24,475 bases of DNA from Oscillospiraceae bacterium (GCA_031547365.1 JAVBSB010000052.1:1-24475), one strand, 5' to 3'. Positions 1 to 8,504 are shown, counted from the first letter of the stretch. The notes: generated by a model from the sequence alone, not told the origin. Program-made: numbers and translations.

Positions 1-137
1 CCATATCCATGAATAACCTTCACCGCCTTGGCCCCCATGCGCCGGCCTGTATCTAAGGCAAAACCAACGCGCCGAACGGCCTGGTCGGCAGTCGGCATGT
101 CCGCTTTAATGTTGACGACATAAATGCTGTCCGGCAA
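1..137 (-). CDS. Smr/MutS2 C-terminal domain protein (partial, runs off the window start)
   Basis: Not in the ORF track. Manual translation from TTG at 137: MPDSIYVVNIKADMPTADQAVRRVGFALDTGRRMGAKAVKVIHGYG, ending in the Smr IHGxG motif. GGAGG RBS at 144-148 and a promoter at 169-197. Confidence 0.8.
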   Translation of the reverse strand, partial: MPDSIYVVNIKADMPTADQAVRRVGFALDTGRRMGAKAVKVIHGY

Positions 138-168
138 TTTACACCTCCGAATAAAAATCATTGACTGC

Positions 169-197
169 ATTCTACTCTTTTAAACGCAGATTGTCAA
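169..197 (-). promoter_or_regulatory. SigA-type promoter for the Smr gene
   Basis: TTGACA (197-192), 17 bp, TAGAAT (174-169). Confidence 0.75.
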
Positions 198-209
198 GCG
201 GGGAATGGA

Positions 210-238
210 TTGACTTTCCGCGAGTGACCTGCTATACT
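210..238 (+). promoter_or_regulatory. SigA-type promoter for the two-component operon
   Basis: TTGACT (210-215), 17 bp, TATACT (233-238) with extended -10 TG at 230-231. Back-to-back with the Smr promoter. Confidence 0.65.
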
Positions 239-358
239 TTTTTTAAGTTTTTCTGACTGGTACAAAAAAGGTATAATCATGTGATAAAATAAAACTATAA
301 GCGATATTCATGCACACGCTAAACGTTGCAAGCTCTTAAGAAATGTGAGGGAAGGTTT

Positions 359-1060
359 ATGCGCGATCATATCCTTATGGTGGAAGATGACGCACGTTTT
401 TGCGAACTGGTGAAGAATTATTTTGAGCAAAACGATATGGACGTTTGGTGCTGCGGCAGCATGGCGCAAGCGCGCGAACTGTACCAAAAAAGAAGATATG
501 ACCTGGTTTTGCTGGACGTGATGCTGGGCGCGGGCGCGAAGTATATGAACGACGGATTTGCGTTCTGCGATTGGCTGCGCCGCCGCGATTCGGATATTCC
601 CGTCATTTTTGTAACTGCGCGGGGAGACGAAAGCGATATTAAACGCGGATACCACTTCGGTTGCCACGATTACGTATGCAAACCTTATTCCGTGGAACTG
701 CTGATGCTGCGGGTGCGTACATTTATACAACTCACAAATGCGCAGCGCAAGCGAGGTAATTTATTAAAAAGCGGTGGTCTTGTTTTAAATTTGGACGCAG
801 TTACCTGTACGGCGGACGGACAGCCGCTGCGCCTGACGCCGAAGCAGTTCCGGCTGCTGCGGGTATTGATTGAAAACGAAAACCGGGTGCTTAGCCGCGA
901 GTTATTGCTGACCGAGGTTTGGAACTACGGCTACATAGAAGAAACGCGGGTGGTGGATAATCATATCTGCCGCCTGAAAAGGGCGTTGGGTAAACGCGCG
1001 GTTAACATCAAAACAAAGTCGGGCTACGGGTATTGGTATGAAGAGGAATATGCAGGGTAG
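359..1060 (+). CDS. OmpR/PhoB-family response regulator
   Basis: Receiver motifs MVEDD, LLDVML, FVTAR and KPY, plus winged-helix motifs LTPKQFRLL, SRELLLTEVW, VVDNHICRLK and GYGY. Start placed at ATG 359 (MRDHIL). Confidence 0.93.
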   Translation: MRDHILMVEDDARFCELVKNYFEQNDMDVWCCGSMAQARELYQKRRYDLVLLDVMLGAGAKYMNDGFAFCDWLRRRDSDIPVIFVTARGDESDIKRGYHFGCHDYVCKPYSVELLMLRVRTFIQLTNAQRKRGNLLKSGGLVLNLDAVTCTADGQPLRLTPKQFRLLRVLIENENRVLSRELLLTEVWNYGYIEETRVVDNHICRLKRALGKRAVNIKTKSGYGYWYEEEYAG

Positions 1061-1092
1061 CGATTGTTGCGTGCCTGCGGAGGGATGAAAAG

Positions 1093-2094
1093 ATGTTTGA
1101 TTCCACAAAAGTTGAGCTTGCTCTGGTTGCATTCATTGTGTTGTCAGCGGTCGCTTCGTTAATGGCGGTCATTTTTTTACAAGGCGCAGGAAAAAGCAAT
1201 CGCTTGAATAAGTCGCTCGGTAAAATTTTTCGCCTGCTTATTATGCAGCTGCTGGGCAGTCTTGTTTTTTACTGTATCCTTAGCGTCATAAGCTTTTTGG
1301 GAAATTATTCTCAAATATCCTACCAAACCTTTTTTTATGTGATCGCGGTTGTGGTCGCAATACTTTTTATTTTCGTTATTTTTTTGCTTGAAGTGATTGT
1401 ATCGCTGCATTATGACAGAAAAATATTCCGCAGGCAGCGCGATATGTTTCTACTTATAACGCATGAATTAAAAACACCGATGTCCATGCTGCGCATGCGC
1501 AGCGACCAGCTACTGCGCAACAGCAGCATGGCTTCAGCCGATTTGCAGAACGAAGTGAAATTGATGCAGGATGAGATCATTAAAATGAACCAGCGGCTGG
1601 CGGAGGTGCTGACTTATTCCCGGCTAAGCAACAGTAAGGTTCTGGAACGCACGGAATTCATGCTGGATGAAATGGTAGAAGACCTGGCAATGGATTACTT
1701 AGTACTGGCAGAGGATAAAAATGTGGCGCTGACGATTGATTTGCCCGAAGAATCGGCGGTTATATTTGCGGACCAGGTGCTGCTTCGTACAGCGGTCAGC
1801 AATTACCTCAGCAACGCTGTGAAATTCACTCCCGATGGCGGCGAAATCACCCTGCGCCTTTGCAAAGAAAAAGACATCAGAATTGAAGTGCGTAACACGG
1901 GCACCTTCATTTTCCCGCAGGATATCCAAAGGATCTGGGGTGAATTCATTCGCGTGGATCAACCGTATTCCTCTGTTAATGATACGGGGCTGGGTCTGCC
2001 CATTGTGCAGCGCATTGTTGATTTGCACAACGGCATTTGCGGTACGTTCAGCGACAGCCGCGGCACGGTGTTTTGGATCGAGCTGGGCGGTTAG
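1093..2094 (+). CDS. Membrane sensor histidine kinase (HisKA + HATPase_c)
   Basis: H-box THELKTPMS, N-box NYLSNAVKF, G2 TGLGLPIV, three N-terminal hydrophobic segments, RBS GGAGGG at 1079-1084. Confidence 0.92.
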   Translation: MFDSTKVELALVAFIVLSAVASLMAVIFLQGAGKSNRLNKSLGKIFRLLIMQLLGSLVFYCILSVISFLGNYSQISYQTFFYVIAVVVAILFIFVIFLLEVIVSLHYDRKIFRRQRDMFLLITHELKTPMSMLRMRSDQLLRNSSMASADLQNEVKLMQDEIIKMNQRLAEVLTYSRLSNSKVLERTEFMLDEMVEDLAMDYLVLAEDKNVALTIDLPEESAVIFADQVLLRTAVSNYLSNAVKFTPDGGEITLRLCKEKDIRIEVRNTGTFIFPQDIQRIWGEFIRVDQPYSSVNDTGLGLPIVQRIVDLHNGICGTFSDSRGTVFWIELGG

Positions 2095-2100
2095 CCGGAA

Positions 2101-2135
2101 TAAAAAAGGAAGCAGACCTTTCAAAAGCCTGCTTC
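2101..2135 (-). terminator. Intrinsic terminator between the convergent kinase and lipoprotein genes
   Basis: GAAGCAG (2109-2115) / CTGCTTC (2129-2135) inverted repeat with an A6 run on + (U-tract on -). Confidence 0.6.
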
Positions 2136-2153
2136 AAAACACAACGCCGCATT

Positions 2154-2798
2154 TCAGCCAACTTCTATATATTCAATTGATTCATATTGCGAGGTAACTT
2201 TTTTTGCTTCGTCCAACAGCTGCTTGTTAAAAGAAAGCTCCTTATAGTCCATTTCGCCCTTCTTTTCGTTGTAGGCATCGGACCAGAGCTGTTCGCTCTT
2301 AAATTCGCCGTCTTTAATCGTCCAATAATAGCAGGAAAACGTGCTCATCCGGCCGCCTTCTACAAATATGCCGGGGAACGCTGTATTTGTAGAACGCCAG
2401 CTTTCATAATAAAACATATCAATTTTATGCCCCGCAATCGTCACCTTGCCGTTATATAAATATACATTGGCAAAAATGGAGCCGCCCTGAACATCGTCAT
2501 AATAAACCAAAATTAATTCGGGGGTTTTGTCGCCGTTCAGATCAGCCAAAAAATAATTGCCCGCATGATAAGGTTTTTCTTCGGCGTAATTGCTTGGATT
2601 TTTTAAGAAAGCATCATATGCGGCTTGCCATGGTCCGTTTGTCCATTCTGCGTTCACCGTGAGCTTTGTCTCTGCGGCGGTTTCGCTTATATCGGTTGAA
2701 GCAAATGCGTTGGTTTGCTCTGTTGCCACGCGATTGCAGCCTAAAAACAGCAACGCGATGATCAGTGCGAGCAAGAAAGCTATAGCTTTGGCTTTCAT
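2154..2798 (-). CDS. Hypothetical lipoprotein
   Basis: Signal peptide II MKAKAIAFLLALIIALLFLG-C, RBS AGAGG, and a DLNGDKTPEL Dx[DN]xDG-like Ca-binding loop. Confidence 0.8.
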   Translation of the reverse strand: MKAKAIAFLLALIIALLFLGCNRVATEQTNAFASTDISETAAETKLTVNAEWTNGPWQAAYDAFLKNPSNYAEEKPYHAGNYFLADLNGDKTPELILVYYDDVQGGSIFANVYLYNGKVTIAGHKIDMFYYESWRSTNTAFPGIFVEGGRMSTFSCYYWTIKDGEFKSEQLWSDAYNEKKGEMDYKELSFNKQLLDEAKKVTSQYESIEYIEVG

Positions 2799-2830
2799 TT
2801 ATATTCCTCTTTTCTCATGATACTGATTTT

Positions 2831-2859
2831 AGTATATAATATTCTGCTTTCTTTGTCAA
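2831..2859 (-). promoter_or_regulatory. SigA-type promoter for the lipoprotein gene
   Basis: TTGACA (2859-2854), 17 bp, TATACT (2836-2831). Confidence 0.8.
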
Positions 2860-2920
2860 GGCACAATCCCGGAGGTATTAATTGTTAAAAAAGCTGGATA
2901 CAAACGTATGGCACAGAACC

Positions 2921-2957
2921 AAAAGCGGCAAAGCTTGTTTTAGCCCTGCCGCTTTTT
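2921..2957. terminator. Bidirectional intrinsic terminator ending the sipW-srtB operon
   Basis: AAAAGCGGCA (2921-2930) / TGCCGCTTTT (2947-2956), just past the srtB stop codon. Confidence 0.75.
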
Positions 2958-2971
2958 GTGTTGTTATTATT

Positions 2972-3679
2972 TTATAAATTTATAATGCGTGCTGCCAGCA
3001 CGGTGCGTGCGCCGTCGAACTGGTAGGAGCAAGTGGACAGTAAAACGATTTGATCAGTCTGTGTCACTCCAATATCGCGGAACTGCTTTGCCTGCCGTTC
3101 CAGCGATTGCAGCAGCGCGCGCTGTTGTTCACCGCTGCGGGGCAGGGAATAGGTGACAGAGTCGGCGGCCTTGACCACGGCGCAGGCAAAAAACTCCAGC
3201 TTAAGCTTGCGGCTTGCCAGATATATCTCACCGGTCGGGTGTTGGTTGAAAAACTCTTCATCTCCAAAGCTGACAATCGCATGAAACATGCTGCCGTTGC
3301 GCATATTGTGACCGTATAAAATGGTGTTTTTTCCGCTGAAGTCGGGTGCGCAGCGGTAGTCCATAAAGATGGTGCCTGCCGTTGCGCTTTTACCGTGCAG
3401 GTCGTGGCGCAGATACGTCTCATTGTCGTTTGTCTGCACAAACGGGTACTCCACCTGTGTGCCGGAAATGCTCAGCCAGCCCACTACGTCTCGGTTCATC
3501 TCCTGCAGCTTTGTGACTTGCGGGTTTTCGCCCTGCGCATCCGAAGGCTTATAGCGCAACGCTTCTTCGTACATCTCGCTTTGCTGCTTATACGTTTCAT
3601 TGATGCGCCATAATTGCCAGCCGCTAACCGCAAGCACCGCAGTCAAAATCAGGGCGGCAACAACGCGCCAGGGCTTCAT
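2972..3679 (-). CDS. srtB: Class B sortase
   Basis: GWLSISGTQVEYPFVQ, GTIFMDYR, ILYGHNMRNGSMF, catalytic LSTCSY and RTVL. Start refined to ATG 3679 (RBS AAGGAG, ATGA overlap with the upstream stop). Confidence 0.92.
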   Translation of the reverse strand: MKPWRVVAALILTAVLAVSGWQLWRINETYKQQSEMYEEALRYKPSDAQGENPQVTKLQEMNRDVVGWLSISGTQVEYPFVQTNDNETYLRHDLHGKSATAGTIFMDYRCAPDFSGKNTILYGHNMRNGSMFHAIVSFGDEEFFNQHPTGEIYLASRKLKLEFFACAVVKAADSVTYSLPRSGEQQRALLQSLERQAKQFRDIGVTQTDQIVLLSTCSYQFDGARTVLAARIINL

Positions 3680-4983
3680 GCTTTGCTCCTTTTCTTCGGA
3701 TGCCAGAACAGCAGCGCGCGAAGACCTATCGCGCTGCATATCATCGCGCAGAACCATGGCAGGTAATTGCTCGGGTCGCCTGTCTTTGGGCTGCCGCCAA
3801 CTCCATTTGAGCCGCCATTTGCCGCCGCGGTTGTGCTGCGGGTCATTGTGGTTGCCGGAGTTGTTTCGGGATTTAGGGTGGTTTTGGCTTCCGTAGCAGT
3901 CAACGATACCGATTCTCTGGTTGTAGAGGTTGCGGACCGTGTAGTGCTTGTAATCGGCAGAGTTGTAGGTACGGTTGTAGTTGTGGATCGCGCTGTGGTG
4001 GTAGTAGGCGGTTCTGTACTAGTGGGCGGTTCCGTTGTCGTTTCGATTGGCGCTGTGGTTGTCTCTCCGGGATCTGTAGAGCTTTCGCCGGGATCTGTAG
4101 AGCTTTCGCCGGGAATCGTGGTCGTTTCCCCTGGGTCTGTCGTCGTTGGTTCCGGTTCGCTTGTAGTCGGCTCCGGCGCGGTGGTCGGCTCCGGTTTTTG
4201 ATATAAAGTATTGGTTATATATGTATTGATCACGCCGCCTGTGCCGGTACCGAACCCATTGTCTACGCTGACCGCATATCCTTCCGGTACAGGATTGGCT
4301 TCGCGCACGTCGTACTGTACGCCGAAGGGCAGGTTATAGGTTCGCGTTTCACCGTGCTTCAGCGTTATGGTTTCGCTGGCACCGTCCAGAATGACAACGA
4401 TTGCGAACGGTTTATTCAGATTGCCTGCGCCTGCCACAACCTTTCTTATCACCAGCTGTGCGGCGCCGTGCTGGTCCGGATAACCAAAGGTGTTTGTAAA
4501 AGCGGCGACTGTTCCGCCGGCAGGTATGTTGGCGTGATGGTTTGTGCTGCTGACCGTATAGCCCAGGCTGTCGGTTTCCACTAAGGTATATATTGTACCC
4601 TCGGGTAAGTTTTCAATAAGAGCGGCCTCGCCATGCTTAAGTTGGAATGTGCCGCCGCTGCTGATGTTGCTCACGGCTTCGCCGATCCGCAGGGGATATG
4701 ACGCAGTTGTATCAAATTCAATCCTATAGGTAAATGCAAGCTGTTGCTGTAGGAGCGTGAGCGGGCTGCCGTCGTCATTGATGACCGTATTTGTGACAAT
4801 CAGACCCTCAAAATCCTGCGGCGCAGCGGGGCTGTGTATGCCGGAGGCTGCGTTTGTGCGGTGCTGCCGCAAATCTGACCAGGCCATGGTTCCTGTGATA
4901 ACGGCAGAAAGTACAAAAATTGACGCCAGAATCGCTGCGCAAAGCTTTACTTTTAGACTGCGCGCGTTATTGCCTGTTGGCAT
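3676..4983 (-). CDS. Cell-wall-anchored protein with a SipW-type N-terminus, two beta-rich domains, a Thr/Pro/Glu-rich stalk and an SPKTG sorting signal
   Basis: N-terminus ...VITGTMA/WSDLRQHRTNAASG. C-terminus SPKTGD + hydrophobic stretch + PKKRSKA. ATG 4983 with RBS AGGAGG at 4992-4997. Confidence 0.85.
   Translation of the reverse strand: MPTGNNARSLKVKLCAAILASIFVLSAVITGTMAWSDLRQHRTNAASGIHSPAAPQDFEGLIVTNTVINDDGSPLTLLQQQLAFTYRIEFDTTASYPLRIGEAVSNISSGGTFQLKHGEAALIENLPEGTIYTLVETDSLGYTVSSTNHHANIPAGGTVAAFTNTFGYPDQHGAAQLVIRKVVAGAGNLNKPFAIVVILDGASETITLKHGETRTYNLPFGVQYDVREANPVPEGYAVSVDNGFGTGTGGVINTYITNTLYQKPEPTTAPEPTTSEPEPTTTDPGETTTIPGESSTDPGESSTDPGETTTAPIETTTEPPTSTEPPTTTTARSTTTTVPTTLPITSTTRSATSTTRESVSLTATEAKTTLNPETTPATTMTRSTTAAANGGSNGVGGSPKTGDPSNYLPWFCAMICSAIGLRALLFWHPKKRSKA
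4067..4114. repeat. Coding 21-bp tandem repeat (2 exact copies + partial) inside a 7-aa-periodic stalk
   Basis: CCGGGATCTGTAGAGCTTTCG at 4067-4087 and 4088-4108, encoding PGESSTD x2. Degenerate neighbours include PGETTTI, PGETTTA and EPTT. Confidence 0.9.
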
Positions 4984-5011
4984 GGGAACCACCTCCTGTC
5001 ATTGAAATCCG

Positions 5012-5037
5012 CCTGCGGGACAACGATGCCCCGCAGG
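5012..5037 (-). other. GC-rich intra-operon stem-loop without U-tract
   Basis: CCTGCGGG (5012-5019) / CCCGCAGG (5030-5037), directly after the stop of 5049..6032. Confidence 0.6.
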
Positions 5038-5048
5038 TCTTATTAATA

Positions 5049-6032
5049 TTAAGGCTGCGCCGGTGTGATACCGTATGCGGTCAGTACTTTCGCGGGCGCG
5101 CCGGTAAATGCAGCCGTGACGTCGGTGCTGTCTGCGGCGTCCATGTCAACGTGAACGGCGTAATAAAACGCGCCTGCGGGCGACTGAATGAGTGTGATTG
5201 ATTCCAGCAGCTTTGCGGTGGCTTCGCCGGGATTTAGCTCCTGCCCCCAATACGCCCAGCCCTCCGTACTGCTGTCGTCCAAAATCCATTTGGCAGCGGC
5301 TGTGCCGTCCCAATTGCTTAACTTTACAACCTGTGTCCCCAGCGCCCACTCCACATACTGGTGGAATGGGTCTGCCGCGGCGCTGTTCCAGCGGTGCGGC
5401 GTGTAGAGGCATTCGCCGGCGGCGTGGGCTGCGCGGTCGGGGTTATATGCTGCGCGCGTTACGCCGGGAACCAGAGAGGTTTTCGCGCCGGCAGCGGCAT
5501 AGCTGAGAATCATTTTTTTGCCATAGAGCCCGTTGTACCTTGTGTTTTCGTCGGTTGCATAATAGTAACGCGCCGCCGTATCATTGTAGGCTTTATATTG
5601 CTTGATCTGTGCGTCATTTATGATTAGCCGGGGGTAGTTTGCGGTCAGCCAGACCTTTAGGTTTGCTGCTGTATCCGCGGCTGCAAAGCTGCCGTCGCTG
5701 TGCACAAGCAGATACTCGCTCGTATAAGTGTAGTCCACCTGCGCGACATCCATAAACTCTTTCAGCTGCATACGGATAAACACTTTACCTTCGCCGCTGT
5801 TTTTGACCCAAACTTTTTTTGTCAGGGTTTCGTCGGTATTCCACTCGTCAGGCTGTTCATAATCTTCAATCAGCACAACATCCTGTAAGGCGGTGCTGCC
5901 GTCGCCCGTAGCAATATTGGTTTTGTGCTGGCTGTGGTCCTTCCATGCCCAGGTTCCGCCGAGGATGCTCAGCAGCGTGAAAAGCGCCGCAAAAAGAGCC
6001 AACGCTTTACGATGGGATGATATAAAACGCAT
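5049..6032 (-). CDS. BsaA/TasA-like SipW-dependent biofilm matrix/fibre subunit 2
   Basis: SipW-type signal ...ILGGTWA/WKDHSQHKTNIATG. KKVWVKNSG..VFIRMQLKE and GWAYWGQELNPGEATAKLLESITL blocks. Clear paralogue of 8505..10082. Confidence 0.8.
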   Translation of the reverse strand: MRFISSHRKALALFAALFTLLSILGGTWAWKDHSQHKTNIATGDGSTALQDVVLIEDYEQPDEWNTDETLTKKVWVKNSGEGKVFIRMQLKEFMDVAQVDYTYTSEYLLVHSDGSFAAADTAANLKVWLTANYPRLIINDAQIKQYKAYNDTAARYYYATDENTRYNGLYGKKMILSYAAAGAKTSLVPGVTRAAYNPDRAAHAAGECLYTPHRWNSAAADPFHQYVEWALGTQVVKLSNWDGTAAAKWILDDSSTEGWAYWGQELNPGEATAKLLESITLIQSPAGAFYYAVHVDMDAADSTDVTAAFTGAPAKVLTAYGITPAQP

Positions 6033-6068
6033 AATAAACTTCCTTCTTTCGCCAAAGGTAAAGAGCTT

Positions 6069-8432
6069 TTACGAGGCTATCTGCGTGCCGAGCAATTCGC
6101 TTTTTACCCATACGGCAACGCGGTAGGGTTTGCTCAGCGCGGGTGCGGCTGAACTGAGCGTACCGGCAGGCGTAGCTGAGCCGTCAACAAAAGCGACCTG
6201 TGTGTTGTTGTCCGTACGCAGCCAATAATTCTGTTTGGTTCCCAGCTTGCCGTAGTTCGCCAATGCTTTCGGGTTGGAGCTGGTCGTATTATACTTCGCG
6301 CTGCAAAAACGCGCCGCTTCGCCGTAACTGAGCGCAAAGCCGATGTCGTTCGTCGTTAAGCCGTTATTCAATACGCTGTTGGGTATGCTCAAATTAGCAG
6401 CAGAGCCATATGTGCCCATTTTGCTCATTGCGTTGTGGGTGACCAAATAACTGCGAATAGGGGAGTTTGAGGGCAAGGTGCTCTTCATAAAGGTATTGAC
6501 CGCTGTGCGCATTGCGCCGGAGGTATACCCGGTTGCCGTTGCGCCGGCATCGATTTGAGCTACGCGCAGCATCAAGCTGTAGCGCTGTTCGAAAATATCG
6601 GAGTAGGACGCGATTTCGATCCAGGCGGAGCTGTCCTTCGCTTCGGACGCGCTCAAAGTGCGGCCGGTACGGGGCGCGGGCGTGCCGAGGTTGTCCGGTT
6701 CCGGGTCCAGCGGCCAGGGGTTGAATACCGTTTTCACGCCGTTAACCAGCGGGATTTCGACTGTCATATTGTTAATGATATGCTTTGCATACGCGACCGT
6801 ATCAGTGGCTGCGATTGGATTTGGGGTAAATACCAGTTCGGTGGTCCCTACTGCTTCCCAAGTGCCGTCGCTCATCACGAACCAAAAATATAAGCCTTCC
6901 GGGTCAAATGGGGTGCCGTTAATTTGCTGAATCGCCTCGCCCGAAATTGCCAGTCTCACTGCGGTGGCAGGCGGCGGAGGCGCTACGCCGTTAGTCAGCG
7001 GAACGATTGTATACATACTGTTATAGAATACATAAACTTCCGTTGTATCCGCTGCAATTTTTGAGGGGAAAAAGCTGCAATCCGCAAGGTCCACCGGAAC
7101 CCGGCTGGAATCGCTCATTTCAAGGAAAAATTCAATGTTGGTGCCGATAAAGGACTTTCCGATGATTTGCTCTACAGCCGTACCCCAATGGTTAAAGCCG
7201 GTGACCGTCGGGGTTGGCGGGACGACAATGGGCGTGGTGCCTTCGATTTGCAGCTTGTATGCTACGGCGGCATAGACTGTATGGCTTATGCCCCATTTAT
7301 CGGTCACTTGACCGACAACACCGGTAAAGCCGGGTTGTGCGCCCTCCTTCGGCGTAATGCGGTTGCCCGATACGGTGATGAAGTCATCCTCTCCGCCGAC
7401 CGGAGCCCAGGCAATGGCACCTGTTCCGTTTAAGGCTGCGGAAATATCCGAGCCCTCTTCGTCCAGCAGCAGCATACCAAGATGCGGCAGACCAACGGTA
7501 TTGATGCCGTCCGGCTTCGCGACCTGATAGTTTGCGCGTCTTCCGTATTTACCTGTCAGTGTAGTGGAAATAATCTGCGTAATTCCGGGTGCGTTCCCGG
7601 TTACGTCAGCAGAGCCTGATGTTATCTTCAGGACGCTCGCGTGCTCGTTGTATGAGCTGATCCATCGAGCCTGTCCCGGCATTTTTTCCGTTACGGTGCT
7701 GCCCACGTCCAGCTGCTTATAGCTGGGGTTTGGATTTGTAAAGCTGTAGCACGTATTCCCTGCGGACAGGGAAAGCTCCGTGCCGCCGTCGTCTGCTTCA
7801 ACTCCATAGGCGACGGTAAAATAAATTGATTGTGTTATACCGTATTTATCCATAAATGTGCCGCGCGCGGCTGTTATGCCGGGCGTGGCATTTGTTTTCA
7901 CAGTAATTTGCTTTCCGGATACAGTGATAATATCATTGTCCCCGGCTTGTGGCTCCCATGTAATGCTTGACTCCAGCCCCGAAGGAACCGTTGTAACCGG
8001 AATTTCGGCTTCGGTGTCACTGAGTCCGATCGTTGTTGAGGCGCTGCTTAAAACGACAGACGATATTCCGTCTGCATTGTATATCTGATAGTTTGCGCGC
8101 CTGCCAATTTTTCCTGTCAAAGATGTGGAGATGATCTGTGCTACACCGGGGGAAATACCTGCAACCTCGGCAGTGCCGGAGGTCAGCTTCGTAGCTTGGG
8201 CAATTGCGGCGTTGGTACTGGTCCAATATCCCTGCCCGGGCATTTTTTCTGTTTCGGTGTCGCCAACGGCAAGTTGCTTATAGCTTGGGTTTGGATTGGC
8301 ACAATCGACTCGTACCGCAGGCGCAAGTTGAACAGCCAGGGTTGCGCTAACCAAAGCAATCACTGCCGAAACAGCGATTGCCGCAGCCACAACGATTGCA
8401 ATCAATCGTTTGTTCCGCTTATGCGTTTTCAT
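6069..8432 (-). CDS. Large exported repeat protein, putative adhesin (Ig-like repeats + DUF6273-like C-terminus)
   Basis: Basic + hydrophobic N-terminus ending VSATLA. Two ~187-aa repeats starting NPNPSYKQL (codons at 8297 and 7736), two ~70-aa repeats ending VPLTNGV / IPLVNGV, and C-terminal FALSYGEA...YWLRT...RVAVWV. Confidence 0.7.
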   Translation of the reverse strand: MKTHKRNKRLIAIVVAAAIAVSAVIALVSATLAVQLAPAVRVDCANPNPSYKQLAVGDTETEKMPGQGYWTSTNAAIAQATKLTSGTAEVAGISPGVAQIISTSLTGKIGRRANYQIYNADGISSVVLSSASTTIGLSDTEAEIPVTTVPSGLESSITWEPQAGDNDIITVSGKQITVKTNATPGITAARGTFMDKYGITQSIYFTVAYGVEADDGGTELSLSAGNTCYSFTNPNPSYKQLDVGSTVTEKMPGQARWISSYNEHASVLKITSGSADVTGNAPGITQIISTTLTGKYGRRANYQVAKPDGINTVGLPHLGMLLLDEEGSDISAALNGTGAIAWAPVGGEDDFITVSGNRITPKEGAQPGFTGVVGQVTDKWGISHTVYAAVAYKLQIEGTTPIVVPPTPTVTGFNHWGTAVEQIIGKSFIGTNIEFFLEMSDSSRVPVDLADCSFFPSKIAADTTEVYVFYNSMYTIVPLTNGVAPPPPATAVRLAISGEAIQQINGTPFDPEGLYFWFVMSDGTWEAVGTTELVFTPNPIAATDTVAYAKHIINNMTVEIPLVNGVKTVFNPWPLDPEPDNLGTPAPRTGRTLSASEAKDSSAWIEIASYSDIFEQRYSLMLRVAQIDAGATATGYTSGAMRTAVNTFMKSTLPSNSPIRSYLVTHNAMSKMGTYGSAANLSIPNSVLNNGLTTNDIGFALSYGEAARFCSAKYNTTSSNPKALANYGKLGTKQNYWLRTDNNTQVAFVDGSATPAGTLSSAAPALSKPYRVAVWVKSELLGTQIAS

Positions 8433-8467
8433 CAGGTTACCCCCTATAAAAAGTGAACAACCAGCCG

Positions 8468-8485
8468 GGGCGGCTTGCGCCGCCC
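8468..8485 (-). other. GC-rich intra-operon stem-loop with GNRA loop, no U-tract
   Basis: On the - strand: GGGCGGC-GCAA-GCCGCCC, 19 nt after the stop of 8505..10082. Confidence 0.6.
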
Positions 8486-8504
8486 GCAGCAGATTTTTCA
8501 GTTG

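Noticed and set aside
4067-4114. 21-bp direct repeats as a possible CRISPR array
   Set aside because: No spacers, in-frame coding repeat, no cas genes.
3767-4201. Val/Gly/Ser-rich + strand ORF with repeats
   Set aside because: Antisense read-out of the Thr/Pro-rich stalk codons.
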